Positions 10,739 to 22,413 of a stretch of DNA of 64,000 bases are shown one piece after another. Every line of letters begins with the position of its first letter. The first letter of the stretch is position 1. A program made the translations under genes and the position numbers. The notes under the pieces are model-generated. The model ran no database searches. It saw only the letters and a program-made list of their open reading frames with translations, and had not been told where the DNA came from. Source of the stretch: Escherichia coli (lineage in GTDB: Bacteria > Pseudomonadota > Gammaproteobacteria > Enterobacterales > Enterobacteriaceae); NCBI RefSeq assembly GCF_965641715.1, contig NZ_OZ282453.1. The stretch is one strand, 5' to 3'.

Positions 10739-13700
10739 TTAGTCAAACGGCGGTGGGGCCAGCACTTCACGATTACCGTTGTGCCCCTGTTCGCTGACAA
10801 TCCCCTGCGCTTCCATCTGTTCGATAATACGCGCTGCACGGTTATAACCAATGCGGAACTGACGCTGTACGCCAGAAATTGACGCTTTGCGTTTTTCAGT
10901 GACAAACTGCACCGCCTGATCGAACAACGGATCCAGTTCTTCAGCGCCATCGAAACCACCCGCACCACCTTCGCTTTCGCTGTCGGAGGTGATGCCATCA
11001 ACATACTGTGGGCGACCACGCGCTTTCCAGTCCTGCACCACGGCATGAACTTCCTGATCGCGAACAAAAGCACCATGGACACGTACCGGCAACGTGGAGT
11101 TCGGCCCAGAGTAGAGCATATCCCCCATACCCAGCAGTGATTCCGCGCCAGCCTGATCAAGAATGGTACGTGAGTCAATCTTACTGGATACGGTAAAGGC
11201 GATACGGGTCGGAATATTCGCTTTAATCAGACCAGTAATAACATCAACCGATGGACGCTGAGTTGCCAGTACGAGGTGGATACCCGCGGCACGGGCTTTT
11301 TGCGCCAGACGTGCTATCAGCTCTTCCACTTTTTTACCTACCGTCATCATCAGGTCGGCAAATTCGTCCACCAACACCACAATGTATGGTTCTTTTTTCA
11401 GCACCGGATGCTGGGCATCCATACTGTCACCCGGCTTCCAGTACGGGTCTGGAATCGGACGCATCATGCGATCGGCTTCAGCAATTTTTTCGTTATAACC
11501 CGCCAGATTACGCACACCCAGCGCAGACATCAGTTTATACCGACGCTCCATCTCGTTAACACACCAGCGCAGCGCGTTGGCGGCATCTTTCATATCAGTA
11601 ACGACTTCCGTTAACAGGTGCGGAATGCCTTCATAAACCGAAAGCTCCAGCATTTTCGGGTCGATCATGATGAAACGCACATCTTCTGGCTGTGCTTTAT
11701 AAAGCATGCTCAGGATCATCGCGTTCACACCGACAGATTTACCGGAACCGGTAGTCCCCGCAACCAACAAGTGCGGCATTTTCGCCAGATCGGCAACCAC
11801 CGGCTCACCGGCGATATCTTTACCCAGCACCACGGTTAATGGCGATGGATTATCGCGGAATTTGGCGTTATCCAATACTTCGCGCAGATAAACGGTTTGT
11901 CGTTTTTTATTCGGTAACTCCAGACCTACATAGGGTTTGCCAGGAATAACTTCAACGACACGCACCGCCACCGTCGAAAGTGAACGGGCAAGGTCCCGTG
12001 ACAAGTTAGAAATGCGCGCCGCTTTTACGCCAGGAGCCAGGTTAAGTTCAAAGCGAGTGATAACCGGCCCCGGAGAGTAATTGACGACATCGGCTTTAAT
12101 ACGGAAATCAGCCAGACGCGCTTCCACCAGGCGAGCCATTTGTTCAAGCGCAAAGGTATCTACCGGCTCCACTTCGCTCGGCGGCGGTGTCAGCAAATCC
12201 AGAGAAGGCAGCGGCGTCGTCGGTTTATGCAACGGACGGCTGTCGCCATTACGCATCAACAGCGGATGAAGCAGGGTATCCTGCGGCTGTGGCGCAACTG
12301 GCTGTTGTGGCTGCTGATACTGCGGCTGCGGTGCAACCGGTTGTTGCGGCTGTTGATACTGCGGCTGCGGCGCAACTGGTTGTTGCGGCTGCTGATATTG
12401 CTGCTGTGGCGCAACCGGTTGTTGCGGCTGCTGTACAGGTTCAACAATTGGCGTAAACAGCGGTTCGTGTGGACCATCATCCAGCAACGCTTTCATTGGT
12501 GAAAATTCAAAATCATCCAGCGTGAACGGATTCGCCCCAGCCGGTTGTTCGCAGGAATAACGTTGTTGTTGAGTTTGCGCAAACTGACGAGCCAGTTCAG
12601 CCTCTGCCGCAGCATCTGCATCTTCTGCGTTTACGGGCACATCATGTTGATACTGTTCGCCATAGCGTTGCTGCTGTGTCTGGGCGAACTGACGTGCCAG
12701 TTCATCCTGCTGCATCGCATCGATTTCATCATCGTTGTACTGATCGCCAGAATCGTACTGATTGCGCTGGGCTTCACGGGCTTTTTCTTCCGCCGCACGC
12801 TGTGAGGGCAGCTTAATACCGTAAGACGCCAATTCACGACGAGTTGGCACGCGGATACGTTTCGGTCGTGGCAACTGCGGGCCAATCCCCTCTTTGACCT
12901 GCGGACGCGGTCCACCGCTATTTGCCAGACTGAAGACTGGCGCGGCAACGGTTGCGGCAGCCCCCGTCGCCAGTGTCGCTTTTTTCACGCCAGATGCCAG
13001 CGGAGAAACAGCGGCAGCGGCTTCTACTGGAGGTACTGCTGCAACAGAAGGTGCTTTCAGCGAAGATTTGATCGGTTCTGGTTCTTTAACCGGTTCTGGA
13101 ATCGGTTGATACCAGGCCGCAAGTTGTTCACGTTCACGGGCTCGCTTCTCTTCCACTTCTTCAAAGTAGTAAAGCGGCGGACGCGCGGGTTTTGTCTCTT
13201 CTACAACGGGTTCAGGCTCCACAACAGGCTGCTGTTCAACAGGTTGCGGCTGTTGGTACAACGGCTCCTGAGCGGCTGGCTGCTGATAAGTTTGCTCAGT
13301 CTGGTATGTAGACTGTGGAGCAAAAGTGGATTGCTGCTCTTCGGCTTGCCAGGCGTTACCTGCCACCGGTTGTTCTGGCGCAGGGGCATAATACGGCTGT
13401 TGCGCAGGCTGTTCCGGCGCAGTTGCGTAATACGGTTGCTGAACAGGTTGTTCCGCCGCAGGAGCGTAGTAAGGTTGTTGCGCAGGTTGTTCAGCTGCAG
13501 GTGCATAATACGGCTGCTGCGGCTGTACTGGTTGTTGCAGCGGCTCATTATATTGCACTGCAGGCTGCGCATATTGTGACTGCTGTGGGTAACCTTCCGG
13601 TGCAGGAGCAATAACCGGCTCTCCCGTTTGTGGACCCGGTACAGGCTGCCAGGCTACTGTAGGTTGCGAAGGTGGAACATCAACAGAGGCAACAGGCGGC

Positions 13701-14728
13701 GTCTGAGTCACAGGTTCAACCGGCGCAGCCCAGCTTTGTGTCGCCGTGGTAGCAGCAGCTGCTACAGCGACAGGTTCGGTAATTGGCGCACCGTTTAATA
13801 ATGGATCGTATTCGTCATATTCTGGCTGCGTTGCACGATTGCCCGAAAATAGGACGTCGTCCGGGTCGGTAGCCACACCGCGTGCAGTGTAGGTAATCTC
13901 TTCGTCATCATCCATCCGCTTACCGGAGAACAACGCAGCGTCTGTTTGCCGCCCCATCGGATTAATGAATTTTTCCGCCAACCGTTTACGACGCGCTAGC
14001 GCGCCGCGAAGAATACGGGCACGGCGTGATTCATGCTGTTTGCCGTGATTTTCATCTTCATACTCTTCGTCGTCTTCATACTCATCTTCATCGACCCAGG
14101 TATCATCGCGACGGGTACGATTACTGGCGAAGGTGAGAATGTTTAAAATCCAGCCGCCGAGTTTTTCAGCAATGGTCACCCATGACCAACCGGTGAACAA
14201 CGTCAGGCCCGCTGCCCAAACGCAGAGCAGCGCAATAGTTCCCCCGCTACTGTGTAGCAGTGGTTGTAGCGTAGTGCTTAGTAAGCTGCCAATGACGCCA
14301 CCGGAGGCAAAATACCAGATATCGTCAGCGTTGATTGCCGCCAGACCACAGGAGGTAAGGATGAGCGCCAAAACGCCAATGATGCGTAGCGAAACGGCAA
14401 AATAATCAATGTATTCGTCGCTGGACTGATGACGCCAGGCAAACCAACAACCGCCGACAATAATGACGGGAATGGTGTAAGCCATCACGCCAAAAATAAA
14501 GAACAGCGTATCTGCCAACCACGCACCGGGCATCCCACCTAAATTATGGATAGGTTCATGCCAGGCCGTTTGCGACCAGCTGGGGTCCGAAGGGTTAAAG
14601 CTTAGTAAGGCAGCCATCAACCAGACGGCAAACAGGACAATAAGGATCAGCAACGCCTCCAGAAGGCGGCGGCCGCTACTTAACTTTGTCAATGTGACTT
14701 CTTTGTCTTCAGTGTATTCCTGGCTCAA
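10739..14728 (-). CDS. ftsK: DNA translocase FtsK
   Basis: 1329 aa; N-terminal TM domain, long Pro/Gln-rich linker with tandem repeats, C-terminal RecA-like motor (GTTGSGKS). Confidence 0.95.
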   Translation of the reverse strand: MSQEYTEDKEVTLTKLSSGRRLLEALLILIVLFAVWLMAALLSFNPSDPSWSQTAWHEPIHNLGGMPGAWLADTLFFIFGVMAYTIPVIIVGGCWFAWRHQSSDEYIDYFAVSLRIIGVLALILTSCGLAAINADDIWYFASGGVIGSLLSTTLQPLLHSSGGTIALLCVWAAGLTLFTGWSWVTIAEKLGGWILNILTFASNRTRRDDTWVDEDEYEDDEEYEDENHGKQHESRRARILRGALARRKRLAEKFINPMGRQTDAALFSGKRMDDDEEITYTARGVATDPDDVLFSGNRATQPEYDEYDPLLNGAPITEPVAVAAAATTATQSWAAPVEPVTQTPPVASVDVPPSQPTVAWQPVPGPQTGEPVIAPAPEGYPQQSQYAQPAVQYNEPLQQPVQPQQPYYAPAAEQPAQQPYYAPAAEQPVQQPYYATAPEQPAQQPYYAPAPEQPVAGNAWQAEEQQSTFAPQSTYQTEQTYQQPAAQEPLYQQPQPVEQQPVVEPEPVVEETKPARPPLYYFEEVEEKRAREREQLAAWYQPIPEPVKEPEPIKSSLKAPSVAAVPPVEAAAAVSPLASGVKKATLATGAAATVAAPVFSLANSGGPRPQVKEGIGPQLPRPKRIRVPTRRELASYGIKLPSQRAAEEKAREAQRNQYDSGDQYNDDEIDAMQQDELARQFAQTQQQRYGEQYQHDVPVNAEDADAAAEAELARQFAQTQQQRYSCEQPAGANPFTLDDFEFSPMKALLDDGPHEPLFTPIVEPVQQPQQPVAPQQQYQQPQQPVAPQPQYQQPQQPVAPQPQYQQPQQPVAPQPQDTLLHPLLMRNGDSRPLHKPTTPLPSLDLLTPPPSEVEPVDTFALEQMARLVEARLADFRIKADVVNYSPGPVITRFELNLAPGVKAARISNLSRDLARSLSTVAVRVVEVIPGKPYVGLELPNKKRQTVYLREVLDNAKFRDNPSPLTVVLGKDIAGEPVVADLAKMPHLLVAGTTGSGKSVGVNAMILSMLYKAQPEDVRFIMIDPKMLELSVYEGIPHLLTEVVTDMKDAANALRWCVNEMERRYKLMSALGVRNLAGYNEKIAEADRMMRPIPDPYWKPGDSMDAQHPVLKKEPYIVVLVDEFADLMMTVGKKVEELIARLAQKARAAGIHLVLATQRPSVDVITGLIKANIPTRIAFTVSSKIDSRTILDQAGAESLLGMGDMLYSGPNSTLPVRVHGAFVRDQEVHAVVQDWKARGRPQYVDGITSDSESEGGAGGFDGAEELDPLFDQAVQFVTEKRKASISGVQRQFRIGYNRAARIIEQMEAQGIVSEQGHNGNREVLAPPPFD

Positions 14729-14862
14729 GAAAGGCTCTCCAGGTTACAGGCTTTTCCTGCCCGATGCTAAAACGGACAACAGTACCAGGTTACCCCAGTA
14801 CTGTTGCTGTATGGATTAACAGGAGTGTAATCAAAATACGCCGATTTTGCACCTGTTCCGTG

Positions 14863-15357
14863 TTAGCGCGTCTTAATAACCAGACGATTACTCTGCTTGA
14901 CTTCTTCCATAACAACGTATGTCCGTGTGTCATTGACGCCAGGCAGACGCAGCAGGGTTTCCCCCAGCAACTTACGGTAAGCTGACATATCCGGCACGCG
15001 TGTTTTCAACAGGTAGTCGAAATCACCAGATACTAAATGACACTCCTGAATTTCTTCAAGTTTTTGTACAGCGGTATTGAATTGTTCAAACACATCCGGT
15101 GCGCCACGATTCAGAGTAATCTCAACGAATACCAGAAGTGATGCATCCAGATAATGGGGGTTAAGCAGCGCCGTATAGCCCTGAATAAACCCTTGTCTTT
15201 CCAGCCGACGCACACGCTCAAGGCACGGCGTTGGGGAAAGTCCCACACGTTTAGAAAGCTCGACGTTAGAAATACGCCCATCCTTTTGCAACTCATTAAG
15301 AATGTTACGATCGATACGGTCGAGATCTTTGCCAGGGCGCTTCTTGCTATCTACCAT
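14863..15357 (-). CDS. lrp: Leucine-responsive regulatory protein Lrp
   Basis: 164 aa from MVDSKKRPGKDLDRIDRNILNELQKDG; AsnC/Lrp family; the track ORF has an upstream extension. Confidence 0.95.
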   Translation of the reverse strand: MVDSKKRPGKDLDRIDRNILNELQKDGRISNVELSKRVGLSPTPCLERVRRLERQGFIQGYTALLNPHYLDASLLVFVEITLNRGAPDVFEQFNTAVQKLEEIQECHLVSGDFDYLLKTRVPDMSAYRKLLGETLLRLPGVNDTRTYVVMEEVKQSNRLVIKTR

Positions 15358-15784
15358 TATTATTGTCTCTCTGTATTCCTTCCCTACTCCTGTCTGACCC
15401 TGAAACATCACTGTTCAGAGTCGCTACCCGTCACGATAGACCGAAATCATGAAGATTCACGGCGCGCAATGCCTGGGTCTACGGTGAGAAGACCGTTGCC
15501 TTGTGGCAGCTATCGACATCACGAATGGCGTCTGTCCACGCCATACGTAGATTTCACTAGCACGGTAAACATGGTATTTACATGCATGGTTATGCGCATA
15601 TAAGAATACTGTTTTTTTTCTTCCTCGAATGTTTTCGCAAAACACCAGGGGATTGTCAAAGCAAAACATCGATTTTTAGTACAACATGCCAGATATTCAT
15701 TAACAGGGGCGTTTATTCATCATTTAATCGGCTTATAAAGCGGGAAATTTAAGTAGCAGAGGTGATAATGACGGGAGAATTTGA

Positions 15785-16867
<1,083 letters not shown>

Positions 16868-16893
16868 TTTTACAAATCAGTAACAAAAGTAAA

Positions 16894-16933
16894 GAAGGCG
16901 ACACCATGCGACTATGGGTCGCCTTTATTTTTT
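16894..16933 (+). terminator. Rho-independent terminator of trxB
   Basis: Hairpin aggcgacaccatgcgactatgggtcgcct followed by ttatttttt. Confidence 0.65.
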
Positions 16934-16989
16934 CCCCGTTGTAACATTGCTCTGCAAATAATTCTGATAACTCACCTGCTAAGCGTGCA

Positions 16990-18756
16990 ATGAATAAATC
17001 TCGTCAAAAAGAGTTAACCCGCTGGTTAAAACAGCAAAGCGTCATCTCCCAACGTTGGCTGAATATTTCTCGTCTGCTGGGCTTTGTAAGCGGCATATTG
17101 ATCATTGCCCAGGCATGGTTCATGGCGCGAATTCTGCAACATATGATTATGGAGAATATTCCCCGTGAAGCCCTGCTGCTTCCCTTTACGTTACTGGTTC
17201 TGACCTTTGTACTGCGCGCATGGGTGGTCTGGTTACGCGAACGGGTGGGTTATCACGCCGGGCAGCATATCCGCTTTGCCATCCGCCGTCAGGTTCTCGA
17301 CCGTCTGCAACAAGCAGGGCCAGCGTGGATTCAGGGTAAACCTGCGGGGAGCTGGGCGACGCTGGTACTCGAGCAAATTGACGATATGCATGATTACTAT
17401 GCACGCTATCTGCCGCAAATGGCGCTGGCAGTGTCGGTGCCGTTGCTGATTGTGGTGGCGATCTTCCCCTCTAACTGGGCTGCGGCGCTCATTCTGCTGG
17501 GCACAGCACCGCTAATTCCGTTGTTTATGGCGCTGGTTGGGATGGGGGCTGCCGATGCTAACCGACGTAACTTTCTCGCTCTTGCTCGCTTAAGTGGGCA
17601 TTTCCTCGATCGCCTGCGCGGCATGGAAACATTGCGTATTTTTGGTCGTGGTGAAGCTGAAATTGAAAGTATTCGTTCTGCTTCGGAAGATTTCCGCCAA
17701 CGGACAATGGAAGTGCTACGGCTGGCGTTTTTATCCTCCGGCATTCTCGAATTTTTTACCTCGCTGTCAATTGCTCTGGTGGCGGTCTACTTTGGTTTTT
17801 CCTATCTCGGCGAGCTGGATTTTGGTCACTACGATACTGGCGTGACGCTGGCTGCGGGTTTTCTGGCCCTGATCCTTGCGCCAGAGTTTTTCCAGCCATT
17901 ACGCGATCTCGGTACGTTTTATCATGCTAAAGCCCAGGCTGTTGGTGCAGCTGACAGTCTGAAAACGTTTATGGAAACCCCGCTCGCCCATCCGCAGCGC
18001 GGTGAGACGGAATTAGCATTGACCGATCCGCTGACCATTGAGGCCGAGGATCTGTTTATCACGTCGCCGGAAGGTAAAACGCTGGCCGGACCGCTGAACT
18101 TTACTTTGCCAGCAGGCCAACGTGCAGTGTTGGTTGGTCGCAGCGGTTCAGGTAAAAGCTCACTGCTGAACGCGCTTTCTGGTTTTCTCTCATATCAGGG
18201 ATCATTACGAATCAACGGGATAGAATTACGCGATTTATCACCAGAATCATGGCGTAAACATCTCTCCTGGGTTGGACAAAACCCACAATTACCGGCAGCA
18301 ACATTACGGGATAACGTACTACTGGCGCGACCTGATGCCAGCGAACAAGAATTACAAGCAGCGCTGGATAACGCCTGGGTCAGCGAGTTTCTACCGCTCC
18401 TGCCACAAGGCGTTGATACGCCTGTTGGCGACCAGGCTGCCCGCCTTTCCGTGGGGCAGGCGCAGCGCGTGGCGGTGGCCCGTGCGTTACTAAATCCCTG
18501 TTCGCTATTACTGTTGGATGAACCCGCTGCCAGCCTTGATGCTCACAGTGAACAGCGCGTAATGGAGGCGCTGAATGCCGCCTCTCTGCGCCAGACAACG
18601 TTAATGGTCACCCACCAGTTAGAAGATCTTGCTGACTGGGATGTCATTTGGGTTATGCAGGATGGCCGGATTATTGAGCAAGGACGTTACGCGGAATTAA
18701 GTGTGGCTGGTGGCCCATTCGCCACATTACTGGCCCATCGTCAGGAGGAGATTTAA
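16990..18756 (+). CDS. cydD: Cysteine/glutathione ABC exporter CydD (cytochrome bd assembly)
   Basis: 588 aa; TM domain plus ABC ATPase (GRSGSGKSS). Confidence 0.95.
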   Translation: MNKSRQKELTRWLKQQSVISQRWLNISRLLGFVSGILIIAQAWFMARILQHMIMENIPREALLLPFTLLVLTFVLRAWVVWLRERVGYHAGQHIRFAIRRQVLDRLQQAGPAWIQGKPAGSWATLVLEQIDDMHDYYARYLPQMALAVSVPLLIVVAIFPSNWAAALILLGTAPLIPLFMALVGMGAADANRRNFLALARLSGHFLDRLRGMETLRIFGRGEAEIESIRSASEDFRQRTMEVLRLAFLSSGILEFFTSLSIALVAVYFGFSYLGELDFGHYDTGVTLAAGFLALILAPEFFQPLRDLGTFYHAKAQAVGAADSLKTFMETPLAHPQRGETELALTDPLTIEAEDLFITSPEGKTLAGPLNFTLPAGQRAVLVGRSGSGKSSLLNALSGFLSYQGSLRINGIELRDLSPESWRKHLSWVGQNPQLPAATLRDNVLLARPDASEQELQAALDNAWVSEFLPLLPQGVDTPVGDQAARLSVGQAQRVAVARALLNPCSLLLLDEPAASLDAHSEQRVMEALNAASLRQTTLMVTHQLEDLADWDVIWVMQDGRIIEQGRYAELSVAGGPFATLLAHRQEEI

Positions 18757-20478
18757 ATGCGCGCTTTGCTACCCTATCTGGCACTGTATAAACGTCATAA
18801 ATGGATGTTAAGTCTTGGTATTGTGCTGGCAATTGTGACGCTGCTCGCCAGTATCGGTCTGTTGACACTTTCCGGCTGGTTCCTCTCGGCCTCAGCGGTT
18901 GCGGGGGTTGCCGGACTGTACAGCTTCAACTATATGCTACCCGCTGCGGGCGTGCGTGGTGCAGCAATCACCCGTACTGCCGGGCGTTATTTTGAACGTC
19001 TGGTAAGTCACGACGCGACTTTCCGCGTGTTGCAGCATCTGCGCATTTACACCTTCAGCAAATTGTTGCCCCTCTCCCCTGCCGGACTGGCGCGCTATCG
19101 TCAGGGCGAATTGCTCAACCGCGTGGTGGCGGATGTTGATACGCTCGATCATCTTTACCTGCGCGTTATCTCGCCGCTGGTGGGCGCTTTTGTGGTGATT
19201 ATGGTGGTGACAATCGGGTTAAGTTTCCTTGATTTCACCCTCGCCTTTACGCTGGGCGGCATTATGTTACTGACGCTTTTCCTGATGCCACCGCTGTTTT
19301 ATCGTGCGGGAAAAAGCACCGGGCAAAATCTGACTCATCTTCGCGGACAGTATCGCCAACAACTGACGGCCTGGCTGCAAGGGCAAGCTGAGCTGACCAT
19401 TTTTGGTGCCAGCGATCGTTATCGCACGCAACTAGAGAATACAGAAATTCAATGGCTGGAAGCGCAACGCCGTCAATCTGAACTGACCGCATTGTCGCAA
19501 GCGATAATGCTGCTCATTGGCGCGTTAGCGGTGATCCTGATGCTGTGGATGGCGTCTGGCGGCGTTGGCGGCAATGCTCAACCCGGCGCGTTAATTGCCC
19601 TGTTTGTCTTCTGCGCGTTAGCCGCGTTTGAAGCACTGGCACCAGTAACGGGTGCATTTCAGCATCTGGGGCAAGTCATTGCCTCTGCCGTTCGGATCAC
19701 TGATTTAACGGATCAAAAACCGGAGGTCACCTTCCCTGATACCCAAACTCGTGTTGCCGATCGCGTTTCGCTGACGTTACGGGATGTTCAGTTCACTTAT
19801 CCGGAGCAATCTCAACAGGCACTTAAAGGGATTTCTCTTCAGATAAACGCCGGGGAACATATAGCGATTCTCGGGCGAACCGGATGCGGCAAATCAACAC
19901 TGTTACAACTGCTGACCCGCGCATGGGACCCGCAACAGGGCGAGATTTTGCTTAACGATAGCCCCATAGCCAGCCTGAATGAAGCGGCTCTACGACAGAC
20001 CATCAGCGTTGTTCCTCAGCGAGTGCATCTGTTTAGCGCCACGCTGCGTGATAATCTGTTACTCGCCTCGCCTGGCAGTAGTGATGAGGCTCTGTCGGAG
20101 ATCTTGCGTCGCGTTGGTCTGGAGAAGCTGCTCGAGGATGCAGGTCTCAACAGTTGGTTGGGTGAAGGTGGACGCCAGCTCTCCGGTGGTGAACTGCGCC
20201 GTCTGGCTATCGCCCGTGCGCTGTTACATGATGCGCCGCTGGTATTGCTGGATGAACCTACAGAAGGCTTAGATGCCACAACCGAAAGTCAGATCCTTGA
20301 ATTGCTTGCAGAAATGATGCATGAGAAAACGGTGTTAATGGTCACCCATCGACTTCGCGGACTCTCTCGTTTCCAACAAATAATAGTGATGGACAACGGG
20401 CAAATTATTGAGCAAGGTACTCACGCAGAACTGCTTGCCAGACAGGGGCGTTATTACCAGTTTAAGCAGGGTTTGTAA
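18757..20478 (+). CDS. cydC: Cysteine/glutathione ABC exporter CydC
   Basis: 573 aa; start codon abuts the cydD stop; ABC motifs (GRTGCGKST, LSGGE). Confidence 0.95.
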   Translation: MRALLPYLALYKRHKWMLSLGIVLAIVTLLASIGLLTLSGWFLSASAVAGVAGLYSFNYMLPAAGVRGAAITRTAGRYFERLVSHDATFRVLQHLRIYTFSKLLPLSPAGLARYRQGELLNRVVADVDTLDHLYLRVISPLVGAFVVIMVVTIGLSFLDFTLAFTLGGIMLLTLFLMPPLFYRAGKSTGQNLTHLRGQYRQQLTAWLQGQAELTIFGASDRYRTQLENTEIQWLEAQRRQSELTALSQAIMLLIGALAVILMLWMASGGVGGNAQPGALIALFVFCALAAFEALAPVTGAFQHLGQVIASAVRITDLTDQKPEVTFPDTQTRVADRVSLTLRDVQFTYPEQSQQALKGISLQINAGEHIAILGRTGCGKSTLLQLLTRAWDPQQGEILLNDSPIASLNEAALRQTISVVPQRVHLFSATLRDNLLLASPGSSDEALSEILRRVGLEKLLEDAGLNSWLGEGGRQLSGGELRRLAIARALLHDAPLVLLDEPTEGLDATTESQILELLAEMMHEKTVLMVTHRLRGLSRFQQIIVMDNGQIIEQGTHAELLARQGRYYQFKQGL

Positions 20479-20519
20479 GCTATTATTGAACGATCCGACT
20501 TGCGTGGAGTTTTGCGGTC

Positions 20520-21224
20520 ATGCGCCTGGTTCAGCTTTCTCGCCATTCAATAGCCTTCCCTTCCCCGGAAGGCGCATTACGTGAGCCTAACGGCCTGCTG
20601 GCACTTGGGGGCGATCTTAGCCCTGCGCGCCTGTTAATGGCTTACCAGCGTGGTATTTTTCCGTGGTTTTCTCCAGGCGACCCCATCCTCTGGTGGTCGC
20701 CCGATCCCCGTGCGGTGCTATGGCCAGAATCACTGCATATCAGCCGTAGTATGAAGCGATTTCATAAACGCTCGCCCTATCGTGTCACGATGAATTACGC
20801 TTTTGGTCAGGTCATTGAAGGCTGTGCCAGCGATCGCGAAGAAGGAACCTGGATCACACGTGGCGTGGTCGAAGCCTACCATCGCCTTCACGAACTCGGT
20901 CATGCCCACTCCATTGAAGTCTGGCGTGAAGATGAGCTTGTCGGCGGTATGTACGGCGTGGCCCAGGGAACGCTATTTTGTGGCGAGTCCATGTTCAGCC
21001 GGATGGAAAATGCGTCTAAAACGGCGCTTCTGGTATTCTGTGAGGAATTTATCGGTCATGGCGGTAAGCTTATCGACTGCCAGGTCCTTAACGATCACAC
21101 AGCATCGCTTGGTGCCTGCGAAATTCCCCGCCGGGATTACCTTAATTATCTCAATCAAATGCGCCTCGGACGATTGCCGAATAATTTCTGGGTACCACGA
21201 TGCTTGTTTTCACCACAAGAATGA
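20520..21224 (+). CDS. aat: Leucyl/phenylalanyl-tRNA--protein transferase
   Basis: 234 aa, [39 protein letters not shown]...; synteny. Confidence 0.9.
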
Positions 21225-21505
21225 ATGTTTTCGGCACATTTCTCCCCAGAGTGTTATAATTGCGGTCGCAGAGTTGGTTACGCTCATTACCCCGCTGCCG
21301 ATAAGGAATTTTTCGCGTCAGGTAACGCCCATCGTTTATCTCACCGCTCCCTTATACGTTGCGCTTTTGGTGCGGCTTAGCCGTGTGTTTTCGGAGTAAT
21401 GTGCCGAACCTGTTTGTTGCGATTTAGCGCGCAAATCTTTACTTATTTACAGAACTTCGGCATTATCTTGCCGGTTCAAATTACGGTAGTGATACCCCAG
21501 AGGAT

Positions 21506-21727
<222 letters not shown>

Positions 21728-21766
21728 TTGTTTTACCGCCTGATGGGCGAAGAGAAAGAACGAGTA

Positions 21767-21799
21767 AAAGGTCGGTTTAACCGGCCTTTTTATTTTGTG
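21767..21799 (+). terminator. Rho-independent terminator of infA
   Basis: Stem aaaggtcgg / ccggccttt with a following U-run. Confidence 0.6.
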
Positions 21800-21908
21800 A
21801 TATGTATGAAGTACTTTGGAAGTATAAGTCCATAACTTGTCTCGATGTAGATATACTGCACAACTTGTTTACAGTATGAGCAAACAATAATTATCATTAA
21901 AATTCTTC

Positions 21909-21937
21909 TTGACCGTTTTACTCCAACTCCCTATAGT
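21909..21937 (+). promoter_or_regulatory. Candidate sigma-70 promoter for serW
   Basis: ttgacc, 17-bp spacer, tatagt, about 43 bp upstream of the mature tRNA 5' end. Confidence 0.55.
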
Positions 21938-21980
21938 AGCGCCCCGTTGCCACCCATGAGGTTTGGCAGCAAAACAATTT

Positions 21981-22068
21981 GGTGAGGTGTCCGAGTGGCT
22001 GAAGGAGCACGCCTGGAAAGTGTGTATACGGCAACGTATCGGGGGTTCGAATCCCCCCCTCACCGCCA
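21981..22068 (+). tRNA. serW: tRNA-Ser (anticodon GGA), class II tRNA with long variable arm
   Basis: ggtgaggtgtccgagtggctgaagg...ggttcgaatccccccctcaccgcca; T-loop GGTTCGAATCC; CCA end; anticodon loop ctGGAaa. Confidence 0.9.
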
Positions 22069-22078
22069 TATTTAAAGA

Positions 22079-22109
22079 AGAGCTCGTACGAAAGTGCGAG
22101 CTTTTTTTT
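22079..22109 (+). terminator. Rho-independent terminator after serW
   Basis: agctcgtacgaaagtgcgagct followed by tttttttt. Confidence 0.65.
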
Positions 22110-22123
22110 CGCATTTTATCTGT

Positions 22124-22200
22124 CTGTACGGCAGTGAACATGGTGGGCGGGTGGAGTATGTTACCTGTGAATTTCTAAGCTGCCTGTACGGCAGTGAACA
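22124..22200. repeat. Two copies of a 17-bp direct repeat (ctgtacggcagtgaaca), 60 bp apart
   Basis: Exact 17-mer at 22124-22140 and 22184-22200, extending to about 20 bp with one mismatch. Confidence 0.6.
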
Positions 22201-22350
22201 CAAATACTACACGTTTAGCCCGTTGTTAATAAAGCAAAACCATCTCATTTTCCTGCTACCACCCTTTTTTTATCCTTACCTTACCGCAGCACTAATTATC
22301 AACAACTTACCATCATCATCAAAAAAAGGGTCTGAACCTCCTCCACCCCA

Positions 22351-22388
22351 TAAATAAAAAGTCCGTAACCTCTTTCGAGATTACGGAC
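22351..22388 (-). terminator. Rho-independent terminator of clpA
   Basis: Hairpin gtccgtaacc...ggttacggac pattern (gtccgtaa / ttacggac) followed on the minus strand by a T-rich run. Confidence 0.6.
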
Positions 22389-22413
22389 TTCACCAACCTA
22401 CCTGACAATCAGA

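Noticed and set aside
12290-12440. Possible CRISPR-like array suggested by regularly spaced repeats
   Set aside because: The repeats are in-frame coding repeats of the FtsK linker, with no unique spacers and no cas genes; no CRISPR array was found anywhere in the window.
11008-13614. Multiple ORFs on both strands inside ftsK (for example 12140-12502, 13106-13579, 13201-13611)
   Set aside because: They arise from the repetitive Pro/Gln-rich linker, which stays open in several frames; the single 1329-aa FtsK frame accounts for the region.
21981-22413. Prophage or genomic island integrated at serW
   Set aside because: No integrase, phage or cargo genes are present; only about 345 bp separate serW from clpA. 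Only the short direct repeats are reported, as a low-interest finding.
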